The notes under the pieces were generated by a model, which made no database searches, had not been told where the DNA came from, and saw only the letters and a list, made by a program, of their open reading frames with translations. Below are positions 9,170 to 16,211 of a DNA stretch of 64,000 nucleotides, piece after piece. The position numbers were made by a program, and so were the translations under genes. The DNA lies in assembly GCA_963828165.1 (NCBI GenBank), contig CAWHDR010000001.1, forward strand, positions 960,001 to 1,024,000, in the 5' to 3' direction. This DNA is from an uncultured Chloroflexia bacterium. GTDB lineage: Bacteria; Chloroflexota; Limnocylindria; Limnocylindrales; CSP1-4. The first letter of the stretch is position 1; every line of letters begins with the position of its first letter.

Positions 9170-9567
9170 CTGTCAGGTTCGGCCGCGTCGAACGGTGGCA
9201 GGGCGTGCTGCCCGAACGATTCCTGCCACCCAACATAGGCGACCGACAACCCGTCACTTACGTCGGTCAGGTCCGTCGTGGCACCGGTCAACTCGTTGGT
9301 GCCGACCACTTTGATCCAAGGCAATCGCTCGATAGCCCACATCGTATTGCTCACCGCCTCGTTCGTCACGGCGACGACGAGCTCTCGCACGAACTGCTGC
9401 CCTTCGGGCGAAAGGGCCTGAAAGGCAACCCCGACATCCCGTGCGCCAGGAAACCGCATCCGCCCCTCGAACGTGGCGAACCAGTTACTGATCGTGTAGT
9501 CGAACCCGGTCTCGACGATCTCCCGACCGAGGGCAGCGAGCGCGTCCATTTCGTCATCGATGGTCAC
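9166..9567 (-). CDS. Cassette 8 hypothetical protein (possibly immunity-like)
   Basis: 'GRM..LSPEGQQFVRELV..DVSDGL..GW..F' helical protein; TGA inside R8. Confidence 0.65.
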   Translation of the reverse strand: MTIDDEMDALAALGREIVETGFDYTISNWFATFEGRMRFPGARDVGVAFQALSPEGQQFVRELVVAVTNEAVSNTMWAIERLPWIKVVGTNELTGATTDLTDVSDGLSVAYVGWQESFGQHALPPFDAAEPDR

Positions 9568-9590
9568 GGTGAGAGTATGCGGCCGGGACC

Positions 9591-9640
9591 CATGGGATCG
9601 GGTCGAAGCGAGGGAGCCCTTGCGACTGTCCACAAGCGTC
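9591..9640 (+). repeat. 50-bp direct repeat, copy 1 (5' end of cassette 8)
   Basis: CATGGGATCGGGTCGAAGCGAGGGAGCCCTTGCGACTGTCCACAAGCGTC identical to 9917-9966. Confidence 0.95.
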
Positions 9641-9662
9641 TCACAGTGTTCGGGAATGTCAC
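9638..9662 (+). repeat. Cassette site R9
   Basis: GTCTCACAGT-GTTCGGGAATGTCAC, one mismatch from R6. Confidence 0.9.
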
Positions 9663-9700
9663 CCGAAAGCGGGGGCACTCCGACCTGTCGGGCTCCACGT

Positions 9701-9913
9701 GTGTCCACGGAGTCGGCCGAGAAGACCGAGCAGTTTGAGTACGAGGTCGCGGAGGTTCTTGCGCTCCCGCAGCACGGCATCGGCGCGATTGGCTGGATCC
9801 GTGTCGGGACAGTTCGAATTGGCGACCAAGTAGCCGTCGGCGATGACGCAGCTGAGCCATCCACGGTTCGCGGAGTAGGAATTCTCGACGGGCTGGGACC
9901 GAAGGCGGGTAGC
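9701..9913 (+). pseudogene. Truncated duplicate of the cassette 6 gene
   Basis: 9638-9913 matches 8077-8352 with 7 substitutions by eye, then breaks off after 'GPKAGS'. Confidence 0.85.
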
Positions 9914-9916
9914 CCG

Positions 9917-9966
9917 CATGGGATCGGGTCGAAGCGAGGGAGCCCTTGCGACTGTCCACAAGCGTC
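9917..9966 (+). repeat. 50-bp direct repeat, copy 2
   Basis: Identical to 9591-9640; ends in the GTC that begins R10. Confidence 0.95.
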
Positions 9967-9988
9967 GCTTGGTGTCCGCCAATGTCAC
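9964..9988 (+). repeat. Cassette site R10
   Basis: GTCGCTTGGT-GTCCGCCAATGTCAC. Confidence 0.9.
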
Positions 9989-10036
9989 CCGAAGCAAAGA
10001 GCGTTGGTAGCGGCCGGCAGGGGCGCCAGTCCGTCC

Positions 10037-10459
10037 CTAGACGGCCTCAAACATGTGTGCTAGGGACGTAGCGATCAAGGACAGCGAGCCGGGGTCCACG
10101 ATTACCTGTGCCGTCACCTTCCAGGCCGGTTCGTGCCATTCGTGGACAGGATCGACGCCCAGCACCACCTGGATGGCGACGTGTCCGATGCGGTCGTGCC
10201 AACATGTCAACTGGAAGTTGCCGTCGCCGTAGGAGTCCCAGCCTCGTGGGCCTTCCCAGCCTTTCCAATCCCGGGCGAGGCCCTGGAAAAAGTCCACCAG
10301 CTCACCGCCCTGGATGTAGTGACCGGGAAACACCGGTTCTGACGCTGTGATTCCGGGGAGGTCGAGAGAAACGACGAACGACTGCCCAACCGGGTCGTCG
10401 GTTTGGAAGGTCAGCGTGGCTCCCGGCTGGCCGATGGTCACCGAGGGCGTGGGTTCCAT
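10037..10459 (-). CDS. Cassette 10 DUF6228-like protein
   Basis: 'LVDFFQGLARDWKGWEGPRGWDS..LTCWHDRIGHV..W' pattern; TACAGT-N6-ATG. Confidence 0.75.
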   Translation of the reverse strand: MEPTPSVTIGQPGATLTFQTDDPVGQSFVVSLDLPGITASEPVFPGHYIQGGELVDFFQGLARDWKGWEGPRGWDSYGDGNFQLTCWHDRIGHVAIQVVLGVDPVHEWHEPAWKVTAQVIVDPGSLSLIATSLAHMFEAV

Positions 10460-10589
10460 CCGACGACTGTAGCAACCACAGGCCGCATTTGGCAGGCCGG
10501 GCAGCACTCGAGCTGCATGTCCGCAAGGCTCAGGTCGGGCTGCGGACGATCTGAATGACCGCTGGACTCGGCAGTGACGCCGCGTGATC

Positions 10590-10614
10590 CTCCCAAAGTG
10601 TCCGGGAATGTCAC
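10590..10614 (+). repeat. Cassette site R11
   Basis: CTCCCAAAGT-GTCCGGGAATGTCAC. Confidence 0.88.
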
Positions 10615-10738
10615 CTGACGAAGTGGAGAGGTGGTGTGTACGCGTGCCCGCTCGCACCAGACATCGCGGTTCGGTCGTTCCATGTGCGGGCTGTTCGAGT
10701 CATGCTCAACGGCAACGCTCCGAGATTGGAGGACCGGG

Positions 10739-11182
10739 ATGCTCCCGCCGGCGAGAAGACCGTCTGACAGGATGCCTCGGCAGGCCGCGCAGGGTGGCAG
10801 GTCGCCGTGGCTGCTGGCTGTGCTCGTGTTCCTCTCCGTCAGCCTGGTGACCCTCGGCCCGACGAGCTGGCCTCATGTGGTCGACGCGGATTGTCCGGCG
10901 CCAGAGTTCATGCTCGATTCCGACGGCGATTGCATGGCCCGAGGCACGCTCATCGTCATGACCGGCGCGCCTTCCGACGGCAAAACTCGCGCGGACCTCG
11001 AACGCGCCATTGAACCGCTCGGCGGACGGATCGAGACGGACGTCGACGCTCTGAGGATCTACGGAGTTCTGTTTCCGTCAGCGGACACCCTTGCAGAGCT
11101 CGACGAACTGGAGGCCGCCCTCGAAGCGCTCGGATTCTGGGTCAGCCGCTCATACACCGGGGAACTGTTCGCCACGACCTGA
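10739..11182 (+). CDS. Cassette 11 putative secreted/membrane protein
   Basis: GGAGG at 10728-10732 before the ATG; hydrophobic 'WLLAVLVFLSVSLVTLG'. Confidence 0.6.
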   Translation: MLPPARRPSDRMPRQAAQGGRSPWLLAVLVFLSVSLVTLGPTSWPHVVDADCPAPEFMLDSDGDCMARGTLIVMTGAPSDGKTRADLERAIEPLGGRIETDVDALRIYGVLFPSADTLAELDELEAALEALGFWVSRSYTGELFATT

Positions 11183-11289
11183 GCCACGCCCCTGCCGGCG
11201 TGCGGAATCCGCGCCGCGGCGCGCCCGGCTGGTCCGATCGGAGCCCGAGTCATCGGTGGTCGTCACCTTCGGGTGTAGAGCACGCAAGC

Positions 11290-11314
11290 GTCAGTCACTG
11301 TGCGTCGATGTCAC
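11290..11314 (+). repeat. Degenerate cassette site R12
   Basis: GTCAGTCACT-GTGCGTCGATGTCAC retains the leading GTC and the terminal ATGTCAC. Confidence 0.65.
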
Positions 11315-11732
11315 CAGGGCCATCCCAGGCCGCCATGACCTGTTCTTGATCCGTCTTGCTTTCGCCGAGGTGCGTGACGCCTCCGGCAGTCACCTCGTGG
11401 CGGGAGCTCAGGTCCGACCACGGCTCGGCGTAGGCGAATCCCTCGAGTACATCCAGAACACCGTCCTGAACGAACAGCACGAACCCGGCCCCATGCTCCA
11501 AGCCTTCGATGGTTGCGGTGACGTCCCCAAGGTCCATCCTCCCGGGCTTCACGGGGGCGGGCGCAGCATCCGTCGCGACATCGAGCTCCGTGATGAAGCC
11601 CACGCCTGTCATCTGGCGCGACGCCACCTGGCAACGCTCGACTTGGCGGCGAAGCGCATTCATGACGGGGTGGTCCGGCGCGAGGATGGCCGCGATCACG
11701 TCCCGCTCCAACAAGCTCAGCGCGTCGGCCAT
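11295..11732 (-). CDS. Cassette 12 hypothetical protein
   Basis: 'RQMTGVGFIT..GLEHGAGFVLFVQDG.LDVLEGFAY.EPW'; reads through the R12 core; TAACGT-N7-ATG. Confidence 0.75.
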   Translation of the reverse strand: MADALSLLERDVIAAILAPDHPVMNALRRQVERCQVASRQMTGVGFITELDVATDAAPAPVKPGRMDLGDVTATIEGLEHGAGFVLFVQDGVLDVLEGFAYAEPWSDLSSRHEVTAGGVTHLGESKTDQEQVMAAWDGPGDIDAQ

Positions 11733-11757
11733 GCCGGGCACGTTACAACGCGGTTGT

Positions 11758-11782
11758 GTCCCTCAGTGTCCGCCAATGTCAC
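11758..11782 (+). repeat. Cassette site R13
   Basis: GTCCCTCAGT-GTCCGCCAATGTCAC. Confidence 0.9.
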
Positions 11783-12317
11783 CCGGTCCGGCCACGATAC
11801 GGAAAACCATCCATTGGTCGTGGAAACCCGCGCAGAGCGGGACATCCGGGCTCCACTTGGCTGATGCGCGACCGAAGGCGGCGATGGTACGGGCTAGCAG
11901 GTGGAGATTGCGCGCCTCGTCCGCAGCGTTACCGCGCCACGTGGTTGCTAACAGGGCAGCAAGTTCAGGCACAGCAGGCCCAGAACGGACCTGTGACGGA
12001 TCGAAGTCCGATGCCCAACTGTCGTCACCAACGGACTCAGACTCATAAGAGAGACACTCGAAGAACGCACTACTCCATCCGTTATCGACGTCAAACTCCC
12101 AATAGACCGCGGCCGTGGTCTTGTCCAGTCGGTTGCCCAAGGCGTCGATGCTGTCCGCAAGGGCAGAGGTATACGAACTGAGATCGACCGAGGACACGGC
12201 CGCGGCCGCCTCAGGATCAAGGCGACGGCAGTCTTCGGCGAATGTGTACTCGAGACCATCCCAATCGCGGCTGGCGATCCAGGCTCTCATCGCTTCCACG
12301 CCCGCATCGATATCCAC
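11763..12317 (-). CDS. Cassette 13 hypothetical protein (possibly immunity-like)
   Basis: 'AVYWEFDVDNGW..DDSWASD..CAGFHDQ'; reads through the R13 core; TACCCT-N6-GTG. Confidence 0.7.
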   Translation of the reverse strand: MDIDAGVEAMRAWIASRDWDGLEYTFAEDCRRLDPEAAAAVSSVDLSSYTSALADSIDALGNRLDKTTAAVYWEFDVDNGWSSAFFECLSYESESVGDDSWASDFDPSQVRSGPAVPELAALLATTWRGNAADEARNLHLLARTIAAFGRASAKWSPDVPLCAGFHDQWMVFRIVAGPGDIGGH

Positions 12318-12342
12318 GCTCGGAGGGTACGGCACCGCCGGG

Positions 12343-12681
12343 TCACATGGCGTGATCTCCCCCGAGGTCTTCCGCCTCTTCCAGTACCAGCAACGTCGAC
12401 AGACCTGGTGCGATCTCGCGCAGGTTTCGGCCCGCGGCGCGCATCGCGTCCGAAGCGAGACCCGCGTCCATCGCCGCGCGATCGTCGAATTCCATCGCCG
12501 TGACCAACACAAGGTCGGTCTCGCCTCCCAGGGCCTCGGAAACGCGCTGCACCTTGGTCGAGCGCAAGCCCGGCGTCTCGGCAACGAGAGGCAGATGTTC
12601 CGTCGCGTAGCGACGCTCGAACTCGGCGAGCGCGTCGGGGCCGCCCTCAGGGCGGCGATACAGGGCGAGTAGCGTGGTCAT
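12343..12681 (-). CDS. EthD family reductase
   Basis: 'LYRRP..FERRYATEHLPLV..PGL..MEFDD' EthD pattern. Confidence 0.8.
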   Translation of the reverse strand: MTTLLALYRRPEGGPDALAEFERRYATEHLPLVAETPGLRSTKVQRVSEALGGETDLVLVTAMEFDDRAAMDAGLASDAMRAAGRNLREIAPGLSTLLVLEEAEDLGGDHAM

Positions 12682-13493
12682 GCGGTCACCTCCTCAGTGG
12701 TCGTCGCGGTCGTTCCGGCGCGCTGGCGCGCGATCGCCTCGGTCGATCGATAGAACTCGCCGAGCGCTTCGGTGGCGATCACCGGTCGTTCCGAGAACGC
12801 CTCGTGGCCGGCCTCGGGCAGGACGAGCAGGCGCCCGTCCAGGACGGAGCGCGACAGCCGCCAGGCATCGTCGACCGGGACGAACGGGTCGCGGTCACCG
12901 GCCGCCACGAGCGTCGGCGGATCGATCGTCCGGATCTCGCGCGGCGTCAGCAACGATTGGGTCGCCACGTCGCGCGCGATAGCCGGGAGCAGCACCCGCC
13001 AGGCACCCGCACCCTGCTCGGGATCGTGCCGGCGCGCGAGGTCGGCCGCCCACGTGGGATCGTCACGGTCGATCCGGATCGGGTCCATCAGCCGTCGGGC
13101 GACGCTGGCGCGCGGTTCTCGGTCGGTCGTGATGCCGACGACGACGAGGGTCCTCAATCGGTCGGGCGCCCGGACGGCGACGCGCAGCGCGGTCATCGCC
13201 CCAAGCGAGAACCCGAGCAGGTGGAACGTCTCCAGCCCCAGGGCGTCGGCGAACGCCAGCAGGTCGTCTGCGAGCCAGTCGGCCGAGAATCCACCGGTCG
13301 CCGTGTCCCAGCGCGTCCGTCCATGACCGCGGGCGTCCGGCGTGTAGCAGCGAAAGGCCTCCGTGAGCGTCGGCAGCTGGCCGCGAAAGTCTCGGGCGGC
13401 GTCGGATGTCGCGCCGTGCAGGAGGATCAGCGGCGGGCCGGCGCCGGCGACGTCGTACCCGACGGTCAGGCCGTTGGCGTCGATGGTGGGCAT
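12678..13493 (-). CDS. Alpha/beta hydrolase
   Basis: 'LLHG', 'DARGHG', 'GFSLG' nucleophile elbow, 'GDRD', 'AGH'. Confidence 0.88.
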   Translation of the reverse strand: MPTIDANGLTVGYDVAGAGPPLILLHGATSDAARDFRGQLPTLTEAFRCYTPDARGHGRTRWDTATGGFSADWLADDLLAFADALGLETFHLLGFSLGAMTALRVAVRAPDRLRTLVVVGITTDREPRASVARRLMDPIRIDRDDPTWAADLARRHDPEQGAGAWRVLLPAIARDVATQSLLTPREIRTIDPPTLVAAGDRDPFVPVDDAWRLSRSVLDGRLLVLPEAGHEAFSERPVIATEALGEFYRSTEAIARQRAGTTATTTEEVTA

Positions 13494-13563
13494 CACGGGC
13501 GATGCTACGACGTCCGCCCGGCGACGACCCACCGAGCCAGAGCCCGGACCTACAATCGGGTCC

Positions 13564-14973
13564 ATGACCGACCCCGAGCCCGGCACGCGCCTCGAACGCG
13601 ATTCGATGGGCGAGATGCCCGTCCCGGCCGATGCCCTCTACGGCGCATCGACCCAGCGCGCAGTCCTGAACTTCCCGATCTCGGGGCAGCCCTTCCCACC
13701 CGGGTTCATCCGCGCCCTCGCCCTGGTGAAGCTCGCGGCCGCGGAAACGAACGGGGAGCTCGGACTCCTCGAGCCGGACGTCGCGCGGGCGATCGCGACT
13801 GCGGCGGCAGCCGTCGCCGACGGCGACCACGACGCGCAATTCCCGATCGATATCTACCAGACGGGATCGGGAACCTCGACCAACACGAACATGAACGAGG
13901 TCGTGGCGCACCTCGCCTCGAGGCGGCTGGGCGAGGGTCGAAACGTCCACCCGAACGATCACGTCAATCGCTGTCAGAGCTCGAACGACGTGATCCCGAC
14001 CGCGCTTCAGCTCTCGGCGGCGATGGCGATCGAGGAAGCGCTGCTGCCGGCGCTCATCGAGCTGCAGACCGCGCTGGCCGCGAAGGCCGACGAGTTCTGG
14101 CCGGTGGTCAAGACCGGGCGAACCCACCTCCAGGACGCGACGCCGATCCGGCTGGGCCAGGAGTTCCGTGGCTATGCCGGACAGGTCGAGGAAGCCGTGC
14201 GGCGAGCCCTGGCCGCCCAGGCCGAGTTGCTGTCCGTGCCGCTCGGGGGCACGGCCGTCGGGACCGGCATCAACGCCCATCCCGAGTTCGCGGCACGGAC
14301 CTGCCAGCGCCTGGCCGAGCTGACCGGCCTCCCCGTGCGCGAGACCCGGAACCATTTCCACGCCCAGGCCTCGCTCGACGCGGTGATCGCCGCGCACGGC
14401 GCGATCCGGACGATCGCGCTGGGCCTGTGGAAGATCGCCTCGGACGTGCGGCTCATGGGCATGGGCCCGCGCGCCGGCCTCGCGGAGCTGTCGCTGCCTG
14501 AGACCCAGCCGGGTTCGAGCATCATGCCGGGCAAGGTGAACCCAGTCATCGTCGAGTCGCTGACGATGGTGGTGGCGCGGGTCGTCGGCAATGACGCGAC
14601 CGTGGCGTTCGCGCAGACCGGCTCGCTGTTGGAACTCAACGTGATGCTGCCGGTCACGGCGGCCGCGATGCTCGAATCGATCGGTCTGCTGGCCGCCGCC
14701 GCCCGCAACTTCAGCGACCGAACGATCACCGGGCTGACCGCCACGGAGCGCGGTCCGCAGCTGGTCGAGCAGGGATTGATGCTCGCGACGGCGCTCGCGC
14801 CCGTGATCGGCTATGACGACGCTGCGACGCTGGCCAAGGAGGCGTTCAAGTCCGGGCGCACGATCCGGGAGCTGGCCCTGGAGCGCGGCATGAGCTCCGA
14901 GGACCTCGACCGGCTGCTGGATCCGGCCGCGATGACCGAGCCGGGCCTCGACGGCGGACCCGCCGGCGGCTGA
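13564..14973 (+). CDS. fumC: Class II fumarate hydratase
   Basis: 'QTGSGTSTN', 'HPNDHVN..QSSND', 'KTGRTHLQDATP', 'GSSIMPGKVNP'; TACAAT-N7-ATG. Confidence 0.93.
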   Translation: MTDPEPGTRLERDSMGEMPVPADALYGASTQRAVLNFPISGQPFPPGFIRALALVKLAAAETNGELGLLEPDVARAIATAAAAVADGDHDAQFPIDIYQTGSGTSTNTNMNEVVAHLASRRLGEGRNVHPNDHVNRCQSSNDVIPTALQLSAAMAIEEALLPALIELQTALAAKADEFWPVVKTGRTHLQDATPIRLGQEFRGYAGQVEEAVRRALAAQAELLSVPLGGTAVGTGINAHPEFAARTCQRLAELTGLPVRETRNHFHAQASLDAVIAAHGAIRTIALGLWKIASDVRLMGMGPRAGLAELSLPETQPGSSIMPGKVNPVIVESLTMVVARVVGNDATVAFAQTGSLLELNVMLPVTAAAMLESIGLLAAAARNFSDRTITGLTATERGPQLVEQGLMLATALAPVIGYDDAATLAKEAFKSGRTIRELALERGMSSEDLDRLLDPAAMTEPGLDGGPAGG

Positions 14974-15096
14974 CCCTCACGGGGAGGGACCGACCGGACC
15001 TTCCGCGGCTGGTTGGAACGGTCCTGGCGCCAAGCGCGGGGCACGAGCGCCGCGGAACCGATCCCATGGGCGGCCCGACCGGTACAATCCGGCGCG

Positions 15097-15876
15097 ATGA
15101 CCGACACGCGACTCTGGGACCGCGCGGCCCTGACCGTCCAGTCCGGGGAGCGCCGCCTTCCGGCGGTCGCGTCGCTGCCCGCGACGCTGCCGACGCCGGC
15201 GATGCTCTTCGACTTCATGCGCGATGCGGAGCTGCGTTTCGCGACCCTGCGGATGCGCATCCTGGAGCGCACGACCACGACGCGCGGCGAGGACGCTGTC
15301 CAGATGGACGTCCTGGTCCGCCACCCGGCGCACGCGAAGGTGACGACCAGCCGCCCGGGCAAGGTGCTGGGCCACGACTACGAGGTCTGGATCTCGGACG
15401 GTGACCTCGTTCGGACGTACGCAGCCGCCCACAAGCTCGGCACGCAGCGCCCGATGCGGAACCGGCCCCGGGGCCTCGGCGACAAAGATTTTCCAGGCAT
15501 GTCGCGCGTCTACGAACCGGTCACCGCGTTGCCGATGGAGACCCTGCCCGACACGTTCGTCCATCCCGGCGGCTACTGCCAGAACGTGCTCGCCACGGGC
15601 CGCTGCACGGTCACCGGCACGGCGCTCGTCGCGCAGCGGGAGGCGATCCTGCTCGAATGCGACCATCCGCGCACCATCGAAGTCGCCGCGGACCGGCCCG
15701 ACTTCAAGATCTCCATCGCGGTCGATCGCCAACTCGGCGTGATCCTGCGTCTGGTCGAGACGATCGGCGGAGGGACGAGCCGCGACGCCGAGGTGACGGA
15801 CATCGGTCCGGACGCGCCGCTGCCGCCTGGTGCCTTCGACTTCGTCTTCCCCACCGGGACGACGATGCTCTACTGA
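15097..15876 (+). CDS. Hypothetical protein, possibly LolA/RseB-like fold
   Basis: 'VWISDGDLVRTY' and 'FDFVFPTGT' are reminiscent of LolA-like proteins; TACAAT-N8-ATG. Confidence 0.55.
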   Translation: MTDTRLWDRAALTVQSGERRLPAVASLPATLPTPAMLFDFMRDAELRFATLRMRILERTTTTRGEDAVQMDVLVRHPAHAKVTTSRPGKVLGHDYEVWISDGDLVRTYAAAHKLGTQRPMRNRPRGLGDKDFPGMSRVYEPVTALPMETLPDTFVHPGGYCQNVLATGRCTVTGTALVAQREAILLECDHPRTIEVAADRPDFKISIAVDRQLGVILRLVETIGGGTSRDAEVTDIGPDAPLPPGAFDFVFPTGTTMLY

Positions 15877-16211
15877 CCGGACGGGTCTTCCCGCGCCGAG
15901 AAGCGGCGCGTATAGTCCGGCCATCGTGTCAGGGTCGGGTGACCGACCCGGGGCGTTCAGACGCCGAGGACACGCGGAAGGAGGGCCAGCGAGCGACCCC
16001 GCGCCGTCGACCCGTCGACCCGTCGGCCCCACGGCGCCACCCGCGGCCATGCCGCTCCCCGTCACGCGTCATCCACGCGATCCCCGCGTCCCGCGCGGCG
16101 CCCCGCCTCAGGGCTGCTGCCGCGCACGGTCCGACATCGAGGGAACGTCGGACCCGAGGCGCCCGTCGGCCACCCCGACCGACGGTTCCGCCGTTGTGAG
16201 GGAGGTTCTCG

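Larger units (their letters stand above)
5241..12330. mobile_element. Putative integron-like gene-cassette array: 13 one-gene units separated by a directly repeated ~25-bp site
   Basis: 13 copies of a conserved site spaced 326-768 bp apart, one ORF per interval, unrelated cargo genes, visibly more AT-rich than the flanks, internal duplication ending at a site edge. Confidence 0.75.

Noticed and set aside
8077-9966. Duplication as an assembly artefact
   Set aside because: The copies differ at 7 positions and the junction coincides with a site edge; not fully excluded without reads
5241-11782. CRISPR interpretation of the repeats
   Set aside because: Intervals are 326-768 bp and hold whole genes, the repeats are degenerate, and no cas genes are present
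5241-11782. Classical attC or dif/pdif sites
   Set aside because: No RYYYAAC..GTTRRRY long hairpins seen by eye; only a weak ATGTCA resemblance to a XerD arm, and all sites are in direct orientation; a covariance-model search is still needed
12332-12346. Possible 14th site (CACCGCCGGGTCAC) at the EthD stop
   Set aside because: Spacing is one base short, and it lacks AAT and the leading STC; may be chance
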